Source: an uncultured bacterium (GTDB lineage: Bacteria > Oederibacteriota > PGYV01 > CAWJRG01). From it: 64,000 bases of DNA. Below, piece after piece: positions 19,201 to 27,736 of this stretch. The stretch spans positions 672,001 through 736,000 of the forward strand of contig CAWJRG010000010.1 of the NCBI GenBank assembly GCA_963845185.1. The letters are read 5' to 3'. The notes beneath the pieces were generated by a model, which saw nothing but the letters and a program-made list of their open reading frames with translations, searched no databases and was not told the DNA's origin. Both the position numbers and the translations under genes were made by a program. The first letter of the stretch is position 1. Every line of letters starts with the position of its first letter.

Positions 19201-20865
19201 TTACTTAACCACCGCCATCTTTCCCCATACTTTTTTCTTTCCCTGGCCATCCATTGTTTCTATGCTGTAAATATATGTCCCGCTTGCCACTCCCCTGCCT
19301 GTTTTATTTTTTGCATCCCAATATATGCTGTTCATGCCGGGCTGGCCCTGTTGCGTCAATTCAACAACAACCTCCCCGCTTATTGTATATATTTTTACCT
19401 TTACATCTGCTTCATTGCATAATTGATAAATTATATTTGTGCCGTTTGAAAAAGGGCTGGGCGAATTTTGATATAACTTTAAACAAAGCGTTGCTGTAGG
19501 CGTGGGTGTTATTGTTGTAGTACATGTTATGCTTGTTGTAAATGTTTGTGTTGTTGTAATTGTATTGGTTGGTGTTATGGTTATAGTCGGTGTCAATGTA
19601 TCAGTATTCGTAATTGTATTGGTTGGCGATGCTGTATAAGTCGGTGTCTCAGTACATATTTCTGTCATAGTCAATGTAAATGTATCAGTGCCAGTAATTG
19701 TATTGGTTAACGATGCTGTATAAGTCGGTGTTTCAGTACATGTTTCTGTCATAGTTGATGTAAATGTATCAGTATTCGTAATTGTATTGGTTGGCGATGC
19801 TGTTAGCGTTGGAGTGTATGTATAAGTTGGCGTTGTCAAGTGAGTCGGGCTGGGTGTGTAAGTGGCACTGACGGTCGGCGTGGCAAGCAGAACGCCCTGG
19901 TTTAATCCGTAATAAGCAACCCAGGTAAGGCTCTGTCCCGGTGGCAGTGTATAGCTGCTGTTTACTCCTCCGCCGCTGCCGTTTGTCCACCATAGCTGTA
20001 CTGCGCTGTCATCCCCTATTGCGGAACCCGATTGTGTAAGGCTCCACGGGCTTGACGTGGTAAAAAGCTGGTTGGTCATGGCAGACCAGCTTCCTATCAT
20101 AAAAATATCAGGTTCACTAGCAGGGTCATCGTACGGGTTGTTGTACAGATGTCCCCTGCCCACCAGGTTTGGAGTGCCGGTTTTCGGGTCAACGTCATAA
20201 TCCCACCAGTCCGCAGGCATGGGCGATGATTTATAAAAAATTTCGCTGTTTGTTATTGTCGTAAACCCGTCATTGGTCGAAAGAATCGCGCCATCATTTC
20301 CGTTTACTTCGGTGTCAAACATAAGCATAAGGGAAACAGTGTGGCTGTTTGATGCGTCAATATTTGTGGCTGTAAATTCAAATTCTGCGGTATCCGCGTT
20401 AATGCCGGTCGAGGGGTTATTTACAAATTTATAATCCATTTTCAGGTCAATGTAGCTGTCTATTGTTTTAGTCCCATATATCTCAGAACCGGTATTTGAA
20501 ATATTACCTACCATGGGCCAGTTGTCCTGCGCGTCATATGCCTCTCCGTCTATGTTTATTATTACGAAGCTTGTAAACCAGTCATTCTCTGTAGCTGAGA
20601 AAAGGCATTCTCCGCCATAGGCATAGGTCAACCCGGCATTGGCTGGGGTATAGGATGACGATGTGCCGACGGAAAAAAGCATCGAAGAATCAGGCGAGAA
20701 ATCATAGTTTGCGAAATCGTAATCCACATTCATGCCTAGGTAATTGTTCTGTATGCATGTACCACCGGCAAAAGCAAATGAATTACATGCTGTTAACGCT
20801 ATAATCAAAAAAAATTCCGTTTTTTTTGCTAAAAAACTTTTTTTATTTTGGTTTTGTTTTTTCAA
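19201..20865 (-). CDS. Secreted protein with Thr/Pro linker and T9SS-like/FlgD C-terminal domain
   Basis: Signal peptide; T-rich 28-aa repeats; CTD NSPSPF..VKIYTISGE..WD..GVASGTYIY..KMAVVK. Confidence 0.8.
   Translation of the reverse strand: MKKQNQNKKSFLAKKTEFFLIIALTACNSFAFAGGTCIQNNYLGMNVDYDFANYDFSPDSSMLFSVGTSSSYTPANAGLTYAYGGECLFSATENDWFTSFVIINIDGEAYDAQDNWPMVGNISNTGSEIYGTKTIDSYIDLKMDYKFVNNPSTGINADTAEFEFTATNIDASNSHTVSLMLMFDTEVNGNDGAILSTNDGFTTITNSEIFYKSSPMPADWWDYDVDPKTGTPNLVGRGHLYNNPYDDPASEPDIFMIGSWSAMTNQLFTTSSPWSLTQSGSAIGDDSAVQLWWTNGSGGGVNSSYTLPPGQSLTWVAYYGLNQGVLLATPTVSATYTPSPTHLTTPTYTYTPTLTASPTNTITNTDTFTSTMTETCTETPTYTASLTNTITGTDTFTLTMTEICTETPTYTASPTNTITNTDTLTPTITITPTNTITTTQTFTTSITCTTTITPTPTATLCLKLYQNSPSPFSNGTNIIYQLCNEADVKVKIYTISGEVVVELTQQGQPGMNSIYWDAKNKTGRGVASGTYIYSIETMDGQGKKKVWGKMAVVK
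19597..19803. repeat. 84-bp intragenic tandem repeat, about 2.5 copies
   Basis: TGTATCAGT recurs at 19597, 19681, 19765; encodes TASPTNTITNTDTFTSTMTETCTETPTY-like units. Confidence 0.85.
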
Positions 20866-20902
20866 CTATAATATACCTGCTTCTACAACAAATATTTTAT
20901 TT

Positions 20903-21373
20903 TTAATTTAGGGGGCCAGGAAAGCCTTTTCCCATCATTTTATTACTTTCAGATTTTATTTTTTCTTTCAATATCTGCTGTTGTTTTTTTGTCAATACGG
21001 ACTTGATTTTAATTATACTTTGGAACTGGTTTTTCATAATTACCTTGTGGTTCTCGGAAATTTTATTTATAAGCTCGTCTACTTTTTTCTCGTCGGGATT
21101 GTCTTTGTCTATTTCTTTACGCATATCCTCCATATTTGCTCTTAGTTCGCTCATAACTTTTTCTTCTACTTTCTTTGATTCCTTCTCAATCACAATAAGT
21201 TTTTCTATCTGGCCGGACGTCAGGTCAAGGTCATCGGCAAAATTCAATATGCTCATATGACCGGGCGACATAAAAGGTCCAGGCCCCGGTCCTGGCCGCG
21301 AACCTGCGTACGAGTACGTCGAAAGGACAAACAACATACAAAATGTCCAAAACACAGCAAGATTGTTTTTCAT
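20903..21373 (-). CDS. Spy/CpxP-family periplasmic protein
   Basis: Signal peptide, LDLTSGQ and VLTKKQQ (LTxxQ) motifs; third gene of an ECF operon. Confidence 0.75.
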   Translation of the reverse strand: MKNNLAVFWTFCMLFVLSTYSYAGSRPGPGPGPFMSPGHMSILNFADDLDLTSGQIEKLIVIEKESKKVEEKVMSELRANMEDMRKEIDKDNPDEKKVDELINKISENHKVIMKNQFQSIIKIKSVLTKKQQQILKEKIKSESNKMMGKGFPGPLN

Positions 21374-21395
21374 TTTTTCACCTCGTCTGTTTTAT

Positions 21396-21803
21396 TTAAT
21401 ATGATTTATCCAGATATTTTTCCTGGTAATAATCAAAATCATACATTGTTTTATACGTGGTATAAACAAACTCATATACATCCTTGTTCTTGCTTTCTTT
21501 TTTAAGCTTGTAATGGACCATAAAAAGTGCCGAAAAAAGTATAAATATGGTGCATAATACGACAGTTGCCGGTTTTAAAAACAGCCTCCATATATTCGCC
21601 ACGGATTTCCTTGGCCATATGCGCGGCTCAAGACCCTGGGATTTTTCCATTGTTAATTTAAAAAGCCCGCTTATTTTTGAAACCTTTTTTAGTTTGCGTC
21701 TGCATGCGGCACAGGTTTTAAGGTGATCCTTTATTGCCTTTTTATGGTCTCTGTCAATATCGTCCTTAAAATAAAAATACAATTTATCCTCGTTGTAATG
21801 CAT
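21396..21803 (-). CDS. Zinc-binding anti-sigma factor (zf-HC2)
   Basis: HLKTCAAC (HxxxCxxC) plus one TM. Confidence 0.8.
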   Translation of the reverse strand: MHYNEDKLYFYFKDDIDRDHKKAIKDHLKTCAACRRKLKKVSKISGLFKLTMEKSQGLEPRIWPRKSVANIWRLFLKPATVVLCTIFILFSALFMVHYKLKKESKNKDVYEFVYTTYKTMYDFDYYQEKYLDKSY

Positions 21804-21805
21804 TT

Positions 21806-22276
21806 TTATGCCTCCTCCGCCACGAATTTCGCCATCTTTTTAATACTTCTACTTATGCGTGACCTAACCGTTCCTTCGCCTATTTTTAGAATTAAAGCTA
21901 TTTCTTTCTGCGAACAACCGGCTATTTCATACAACAAAACTGCAGCCCTCTGCCCTGAGGTCAGTTTTGAAAGCAAAGAATCAAGCAGCAACCGGTCGGT
22001 ACTTATAGTTATCTCACCTGATTGAAAGCTCTTCACGGCGCGGTCTCTTTGTGAATGTTGCCTTCTTATTAAATCTATGCATTTATTTATGGTAACTCTG
22101 TAAATAAAAGTCTTAATGCTTGAAGTACCCAGAAAAGATTCTAATTTTTCCTGCAGTTTTACAAAAACTTCCTGGGCTACATCTTCCGCATCGTTCCTGT
22201 TTTTCAGCATCTTTTGAGCTACATTATATACAAACAAAAAATATTCACTGTAGATGCCTTGGATATCCACAGTCAT
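21806..22276 (-). CDS. ECF RNA polymerase sigma factor
   Basis: DAEDVAQEVF, TFIYRVTINKCIDLIR, SQKEIA..GTVRSRISR. Confidence 0.9.
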   Translation of the reverse strand: MTVDIQGIYSEYFLFVYNVAQKMLKNRNDAEDVAQEVFVKLQEKLESFLGTSSIKTFIYRVTINKCIDLIRRQHSQRDRAVKSFQSGEITISTDRLLLDSLLSKLTSGQRAAVLLYEIAGCSQKEIALILKIGEGTVRSRISRSIKKMAKFVAEEA

Positions 22277-22304
22277 TAAACACCTCGCTCTTTCTTTGAT
22301 AATT

Positions 22305-22375
22305 TAGACGTTTATCGTGCCGTATATGCTGCATGGCCTTTTGTGAGGGAGCATATAATCACCGGCTTGCGTCTA
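22305..22375. promoter_or_regulatory. Back-to-back ECF-type promoters
   Basis: - strand TGCAGC-N17-CGTCTA (22333-22305); + strand GGGAGC-N17-CGTCTA (22347-22375). Confidence 0.55.
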
Positions 22376-22420
22376 TATATACAGTGGCATGAATACTAAA
22401 ACTGAAAGGAGGTGATAAAC

Positions 22421-22732
22421 ATGAGCACGTCATCAGTATCCTCTATATCTTCAGCTTTATCAAATTATTTGCTTTATTTGCAGAAAGCTGCTGCAAACGA
22501 TTTGTTAACCTCAAGTTCGTCCAAGAAAACAAAAAAGCATGATTTTTTAAAGGAGCTGTTGAAAACGCTACAGAATCTCGTAGGAGACAAGGTTACGGTC
22601 AAATCAAAAAATTCTTCTGGCAGCGTCACAGGGACAGTGGAAGCGGTAAAGGAGGTAGACGGTAAATTAAAGGTAGTAATAAACGGCGTCGCATACGATT
22701 TATCGGATGTGACGCAGGTATATAACACCTAA
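22421..22732 (+). CDS. Small FlgD Tudor-domain-like protein
   Basis: AAGGAGG SD; LVGDKVTV..VTGTVEAV..DGKLKVVING..YDLSDV. Confidence 0.6.
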   Translation: MSTSSVSSISSALSNYLLYLQKAAANDLLTSSSSKKTKKHDFLKELLKTLQNLVGDKVTVKSKNSSGSVTGTVEAVKEVDGKLKVVINGVAYDLSDVTQVYNT

Positions 22733-22788
22733 AATTTTCAATAAGAGTAGTCCGGACCTTGGAAAAAGGAGGACATCTTATCTCCTGT

Positions 22789-22833
22789 AAAAGCCAACGG
22801 GCGCAATTTTTATCTTGCCTGTTGGCTTTTTTT
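22789..22833 (+). terminator. Intrinsic terminator
   Basis: AAAAGCCAACGGGC..GCCTGTTGGCTTTTTTT. Confidence 0.7.
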
Positions 22834-22970
22834 ATTATGCCTAATTATAATTCACCTCTGTAATCCTTTTGATTTGTCAAGGTGAATTGGATTATGGAGT
22901 GCATAAAACAATGTGTAATTTTTCATATTAAGCCGAATATATAATTTCTTCACCAACCGAAGTTGGAATT

Positions 22971-23025
22971 TTTTACAAAAAAAACGGCGGCCTTTTCAGC
23001 CGCCGCCACATAAGGGAGGAAACAC
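22971..23025 (-). terminator. Terminator with C-rich 5' arm, duplicated at 23971
   Basis: CGGCGGCTGAAAAGGCCGCCG followed by T-tract, preceded by GTGTTTCCTCCCTTA. Confidence 0.7.
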
Positions 23026-23193
23026 GTGGTTAATCCCTGTATGTTACAATACCTCCCCTTTAGCAAGTGGAGGTAAATAGTCCAGTGGACTAACTAAATA
23101 GTCCGGTGGACTAGCTATCGGAGGTTTTACAGTCGCAAGGCAAACCTCCCCTGACCCCTCCTTGTTAAGAAGGGAAAAAAACAAACAGTGTTT

Positions 23194-23397
23194 TTAATCC
23201 AGATTATCCTCGTGTATTGCCCATTTGCCTTTTTCCAGGGCCTGGATATCAAGCCTTGTTTTATTGCAAACAGAACAAATCAGTACAGCCCGCTCTGCCG
23301 GCGGGTTAAAAGGCTTTGTACTGCCGCCGTAAATGGAACAGTTGAGCGAATAGATGTTGTGCTTTCCTTTGACAATCATGTGTTTTAAATCAGCCAT
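23194..23397 (-). CDS. Small hypothetical protein with CxxC
   Basis: GAGGTG SD; CSVC; coupled to the upstream gene. Confidence 0.65.
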   Translation of the reverse strand: MADLKHMIVKGKHNIYSLNCSIYGGSTKPFNPPAERAVLICSVCNKTRLDIQALEKGKWAIHEDNLD

Positions 23398-23408
23398 GAT
23401 AAATCACC

Positions 23409-23594
23409 TCACAATCCGTATTTTTTTTTAATCACTTTTTCTGCCAGCAGCCAGTCCGAAAGCGCGTCGCCTGGCTGCTTTTTGGCCATCCTGTTCTTAT
23501 AGATTTCCTCGGCGTGCATGCAGATTTCGTACTGCAAATCTTCAAGGCTTGGTTTCTTCTGTGCTTTTTTCGTTTCTTTTGTTTCTTTTGCCAT
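23409..23594 (-). CDS. DUF2934-like small protein
   Basis: AAGGAGG SD; ICMHAEEIY..R..PGDALSDWLLAE resembles the DUF2934 AY..R..G...DW..AE pattern. Confidence 0.7.
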   Translation of the reverse strand: MAKETKETKKAQKKPSLEDLQYEICMHAEEIYKNRMAKKQPGDALSDWLLAEKVIKKKYGL

Positions 23595-23608
23595 GTTTCA
23601 CCTCCTTA

Positions 23609-23837
23609 GATTTCGTTTACTTTGTCAAGCCGTCATTATGGCAGTCGAATAGTCCTGTGGACTATTTGACGGGTAGTTCCCATAAATTATCATCATAAAA
23701 GCTACCCAGCAAAGTATTACAAGCTCCATGCTTCGCATGGACATGTCAGAGTAATGATTTTGCTTCGCTGTTGACGCTTGCAAAATCAAACTCTGTCAAG
23801 CCGCTCAAGTCCCGAGCTTGCGAGGGACAAGCGGTGC
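23609..23837 (-). repeat. Two-hairpin structured element, copy 4 (composite, one hairpin inverted, module B nested)
   Basis: GCACCGCTTGTCCC..GGGACTTGAGCGG; inverted hairpin 2 at 23745-23797; a second hairpin 2 with module B abutting the SD. Confidence 0.8.
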
Positions 23838-23927
23838 CAGTTTTTGAAACAAACCCGCAGGGTGTTAGTCATCATGCTTTTTCAAACAAAATATACAATC
23901 TTATGCTTTACTATGCATAAATAATTG

Positions 23928-23943
23928 GTTAATTTTGGGTTAA
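23928..23943 (-). promoter_or_regulatory. Pho-box-like repeat
   Basis: TTAACCCAAAA-TTAAC. Confidence 0.5.
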
Positions 23944-23970
23944 ATCGTGACTGGAGATTTGAGGAGGTTT

Positions 23971-24008
23971 TTTACAAAAAAAAACGGCGGCCTTTTCAGC
24001 CGCCGTCA
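23971..24008 (-). terminator. Terminator downstream of pstS
   Basis: Same stem-loop as 22971-23008, followed by T-tract. Confidence 0.75.
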
Positions 24009-24172
24009 TACTGGAGTTTCACCAAAAAATTATCATTTGGCGACGTAAGCCGCAACAGTCGTCTGGCATATAATTAACCAGACGGCTGTGCAGGCTTATA
24101 AGGGAGAAAACACTCTGCCCTTATATATAAAGAACGTATATTTAAGAAACGCTTCTTTTAATGAAGTGTTTC

Positions 24173-25021
24173 TTACTTGCCTCCGTTTAAAGGCACATAG
24201 CCTGTTTCTTTTACTATTTTCTGGCCGTCATCGCTCAGGATAAAATCAATAAAATCCTTTGCGAGTCCTGACGGGTCGCCGTTTGTGTACATGTAAAGCG
24301 GCCTTGAAAGCTCGTATTTCCCGGATAATACTGTCTCTTCGGAAGGCGCTGTGCCGTCAACAACAAATGCCTTCATTTTCTTTGTCATAAAACCAAGCCC
24401 TATGTAGCCTACTGCGCCCGGTGTGCTTTCCACTGCCGAGGCAACTTCCTGGTTTGACGCTGTCATTAACGCATCTTCCCTGAGCTTGCTGCCCTTAAGC
24501 ACTTTTTCGTTGAAAACCTCGAAAGTACCTGAAGAGGAATCCCTTGAGATTACCACTATCTTCAAATCCGGGCCTCCAAGGTCTTTCCAGTTTTTTATCG
24601 CACCTGTGTATATGTCCTTAATTTGCTCCAGGGTAATGTCAGTCAGGTTGTTTGCCTCTGCGTTTACGACCACTGATATGCCGTCCTTGCATATCACCGT
24701 GCCGACCGGGTTCACGCCTTTTGTTTTTGCTTTTGCTATCTCGCTTGACTGCATTGGCCTCGAGGCGTCTGCTATGTCTATTGTGCTGTCGATTATCGCC
24801 GCTATACCTACCCCAGAGCCGCCGCCTCTAACGCTGATGTCAGCGCCGGAATTTTTCTGCATGTACATTTCGGCTGCTTTCTGCGCCAGGGGCAGGACCG
24901 TTGTCGAGCCGGATAAAGTAAGCTTGTTCGCGCTCTTTTGCATCCATGGCCAGTTCCACGCGAAAAGCGCTGAAACAAAAACCATGCTTAATACTGTTGC
25001 TATTGCGAATACTTTTTTCAT
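24173..25021 (-). CDS. pstS: Phosphate-binding protein PstS
   Basis: SGSTTV, GGGSGVG, SRDSSSGTFE, GYIGLG, LSRPLYMY. Confidence 0.95.
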   Translation of the reverse strand: MKKVFAIATVLSMVFVSALFAWNWPWMQKSANKLTLSGSTTVLPLAQKAAEMYMQKNSGADISVRGGGSGVGIAAIIDSTIDIADASRPMQSSEIAKAKTKGVNPVGTVICKDGISVVVNAEANNLTDITLEQIKDIYTGAIKNWKDLGGPDLKIVVISRDSSSGTFEVFNEKVLKGSKLREDALMTASNQEVASAVESTPGAVGYIGLGFMTKKMKAFVVDGTAPSEETVLSGKYELSRPLYMYTNGDPSGLAKDFIDFILSDDGQKIVKETGYVPLNGGK

Positions 25022-25099
25022 TTTGCTTCCTCCTTAGAATAATTTTCATTTTTCAGTTTTCAATTATCAATTGATAATTTTTCATTGACAATTTTTATG

Positions 25100-26290
25100 T
25101 TACCAAGCCCAGACCATCTGGGCAAGCAACTGGTTTTGGTTGATTGGATTTCCATTTGCGTCTTTGCTGCTCGCGTCGTTTGCTTTACCGCCGTATTCAT
25201 TTTCCTTTAATTCATAGTTTAACTGCAAAGTAGCGTTGCTTGCAACCTTGTAATTAAGTCCTGCTATATACACGTCGTATTCCTGGCCCGGCATAAATGT
25301 ATCCGGGTTTACATAGTCAAACATGAATTGCAGGGAAAGCGGGTCAAGCAGCTGTATTCCAAGATAACCTGATATTCCTTCAAGTATCCCTGATTTGCCT
25401 GCGCTTTTTGGGCCGCATTGCTGAATAAGCTCGAAAAACGACTGTATCGGTCCGCTTGCGTAACTGAGTACAAGCGCCTGTTTGATTGTCTGCTGGTACA
25501 AAGCGCTTGGGGCGCCTTTTATCCATCTGTCCTCGCCTAAATGGCTTGCGTAAATGGAACCCCTGAGAGAAAAGCCAGCGTACGGAACTATGTTTACGCT
25601 TGCAAGTATCGGCTTGTCAAGGTCTGATTCCATTTTCTTGTAGCCGTTTCCGTCATAAACCGCTATTTGGTAATCCCCGAAACCCATGGGTATATTCCCA
25701 AGAAGCGCGACTCCCATGTCTGCGCTGCTTATTACACCGGTGTAATCCTCAATTACCTTTTCGATAACAGGATATTGCCACGTGTCTATTGTGCCGAAAT
25801 AGCTGTCCTGCTGCCCAACCCTTACCTTCATATCCGCGTCCTTAAGGAAAGGCAGGGCTTTTAAATCAACAAAAGCTTTTTTTATCCAGATTGCCCAGTC
25901 AACGCTCCCTGAACCTGTTGCTGAATTTACCACATTTAACGTCTTTGTATTTGCGGTATAGGTATTTGCATTTGGAGCCGATACCGGTGTAACACCGGTC
26001 GCCACGCTGAACCCCTGGTCGTTTGCCACATTGTTAATATCAAGTGTCAACTCGCCTTCGTAATCGTTTGTCTTTACTTTTGTCCTGATGTATGTCCTCG
26101 GTACCTGTATCAGGCTTGAAACGTCATTAAAATTATTATACTGATCGCTGTACCTGATCCACTGGTAACCGTAAATATCGAGCCCTGGCTTGTCGCCGTC
26201 CTGCTGGACAACCGTCACGCCAAACGACAGGCTTGTAGTTACCCAGATCATTACCGCGGTAAAAATTATCCTTAAAGCGATATTTTTCAT
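25100..26290 (-). CDS. Outer-membrane beta-barrel, putative phosphate porin
   Basis: Start MKNIAL (GGAGG SD); signal peptide, amphipathic strands, terminal aromatic residue; upstream of pstS. Confidence 0.7.
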   Translation of the reverse strand: MKNIALRIIFTAVMIWVTTSLSFGVTVVQQDGDKPGLDIYGYQWIRYSDQYNNFNDVSSLIQVPRTYIRTKVKTNDYEGELTLDINNVANDQGFSVATGVTPVSAPNANTYTANTKTLNVVNSATGSGSVDWAIWIKKAFVDLKALPFLKDADMKVRVGQQDSYFGTIDTWQYPVIEKVIEDYTGVISSADMGVALLGNIPMGFGDYQIAVYDGNGYKKMESDLDKPILASVNIVPYAGFSLRGSIYASHLGEDRWIKGAPSALYQQTIKQALVLSYASGPIQSFFELIQQCGPKSAGKSGILEGISGYLGIQLLDPLSLQFMFDYVNPDTFMPGQEYDVYIAGLNYKVASNATLQLNYELKENEYGGKANDASSKDANGNPINQNQLLAQMVWAW

Positions 26291-26470
26291 TTTTTCCTCC
26301 CGTGCAATATTTTGTTTTTTCAATTTTTTCATCGCATATTTTTGCGATGCCTTGCTTTCTTTCCTGTCCGGGGCTTTAATCCGGCTATGCTTTTGTAAAA
26401 CTTCACCTCCTTATTGGCATAAAATCTTAAAATCTCTTTTGCCTTATGCGTCTGTCTTAAATTTCATGTA

Positions 26471-26525
26471 TATGATATAAAATGACGGTTAAGAACAGAT
26501 AATCAAAAAATTAATTTTTGGTTAA
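26471..26525 (-). promoter_or_regulatory. Pho-box-like repeats plus TATCAT -10 upstream of porin-pstS
   Basis: Half-sites at 26521, 26510, 26488; then TTAACCGTCATTTTATATCAT. Confidence 0.65.
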
Positions 26526-26560
26526 CACCTTTTGCCCCCGGCGTGCGGCCCGGACTTTTG

Positions 26561-27004
26561 TTAAAAGCCCTTGTCTGCCGTAATTACAGATGCCCATTCC
26601 ACCATTTTTACTTTTATGTTGTCCCTTACCTTCCTTGTCCTCTCAAGTTTTTCCGCTTCAGTGCCTTTAAACTTCGCCGGCTCAGGGAATTTCCAGTGCT
26701 TTCTTTTTGCCGCACCGATATAAACCGGCCACTTCCCGGTAGAAGCCCCATCGCCAACCGTGATTACATGGCTGAACAGATTGCCTTTTTTGTGAAAATC
26801 AGAGACTCTTCTGGTCGGATTTTTCGATATATCAATGCCTATTTCAGCCATTGCTTCGACCGCATACGGGTTTAATTTGCCCGGCTTAAGCCCTGCGCTT
26901 TGAGCGTCAAACTTGTATCCTGCGTATTTGTTCATGAAAGCCGCGGCCATCTGGCTTCTTGCGTTGTTGCGCTCGCATACGAAAAGGACCCTTGTCTTTT
27001 CCAT
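26561..27004 (-). CDS. ArsC/LMW-PTP paralog lacking both resolving cysteines
   Basis: CERNNARSQMA retained; ITVGD..GKWP replaces ITVCD..GKCP; FPEP replaces FPDP. Confidence 0.8.
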   Translation of the reverse strand: MEKTRVLFVCERNNARSQMAAAFMNKYAGYKFDAQSAGLKPGKLNPYAVEAMAEIGIDISKNPTRRVSDFHKKGNLFSHVITVGDGASTGKWPVYIGAAKRKHWKFPEPAKFKGTEAEKLERTRKVRDNIKVKMVEWASVITADKGF

Positions 27005-27066
27005 AATCAAAACCTCCTTTGCTGTGCATACAGTGTTTTAAACTTCCCAATGTTTAAATTGACCTG

Positions 27067-27525
27067 TCAGAATTCTTTGCCTACCATCATTATTGAAGCC
27101 CATTTCAATACTTTTACTTTTATTGCATCCCTTATCTTCCTCGTCATCTCAAGCTTTTCTTCTATTGTGCCGTCAAATTTTGAAGGGTCAGGGAAGCTCC
27201 AGTGCTCCCTTGTCGCTGTGCCGGGAAATACCGGGCATTTCCCGGCAGTGGCCTCATCACAGACGGTAATTACATAACTGAACAAATTCCCGTTTTTATA
27301 GACGTCAAAAACACTTTTGGTCTCGTTTTTCGATATATCAATGCCTATTTCAGCCATTGCTTCAACCGCGTATGGGTTTAACATGTCCGGCTCAAGCCCG
27401 GCGCTTTGTGCCTCGTATTTATATCCTGCGTATTTATTCATGAAAGCCTCGGCCATCTGGCTCCTTGCGCTGTTGTGCTCGCATATGAAAAGAATCTTTA
27501 TTTTTCCTGAATTTATTTTTTCCAT
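27067..27525 (-). CDS. arsC: Arsenate reductase, LMW-PTP family
   Basis: [27 protein letters not shown]. Confidence 0.88.
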   Translation of the reverse strand: MEKINSGKIKILFICEHNSARSQMAEAFMNKYAGYKYEAQSAGLEPDMLNPYAVEAMAEIGIDISKNETKSVFDVYKNGNLFSYVITVCDEATAGKCPVFPGTATREHWSFPDPSKFDGTIEEKLEMTRKIRDAIKVKVLKWASIMMVGKEF

Positions 27526-27595
27526 AATCAAATCTCCCTTTAAATTTTTGTTTCCTGTAAATATTCAAACCAATGAAACATTTATTTTCAATGAA

Positions 27596-27649
27596 ATGAT
27601 ATAAAAAGGAGGTTAAAAGAAAATTATATAATAATTAATTTCGTGTTAA
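27596..27649 (-). promoter_or_regulatory. Pho-box-like repeats plus TATCAT -10 upstream of the arsC pair
   Basis: Half-sites at 27645, 27634, 27612 in 11-bp register; then TTAACCTCCTTTTTATATCAT. Confidence 0.65.
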
Positions 27650-27686
27650 GGCGTGAACTCTTATCTGACATGTCAGGTAATTAAAT

Positions 27687-27719
27687 AAAAAGGGACGGTT
27701 ATTAAACCGTCCCTTTTTT
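27687..27719. terminator. Bidirectional-type intrinsic terminator
   Basis: AAAAAGGGACGGTT-ATT-AAACCGTCCCTTTTT. Confidence 0.8.
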
Positions 27720-27736
27720 GTATTGCCTAAAACCTG

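Noticed and set aside
26329..26412. Basic leader peptide upstream of the porin after AAGGAGGTG
   Set aside because: The only start codon lies within the SD itself; not supportable without expression data
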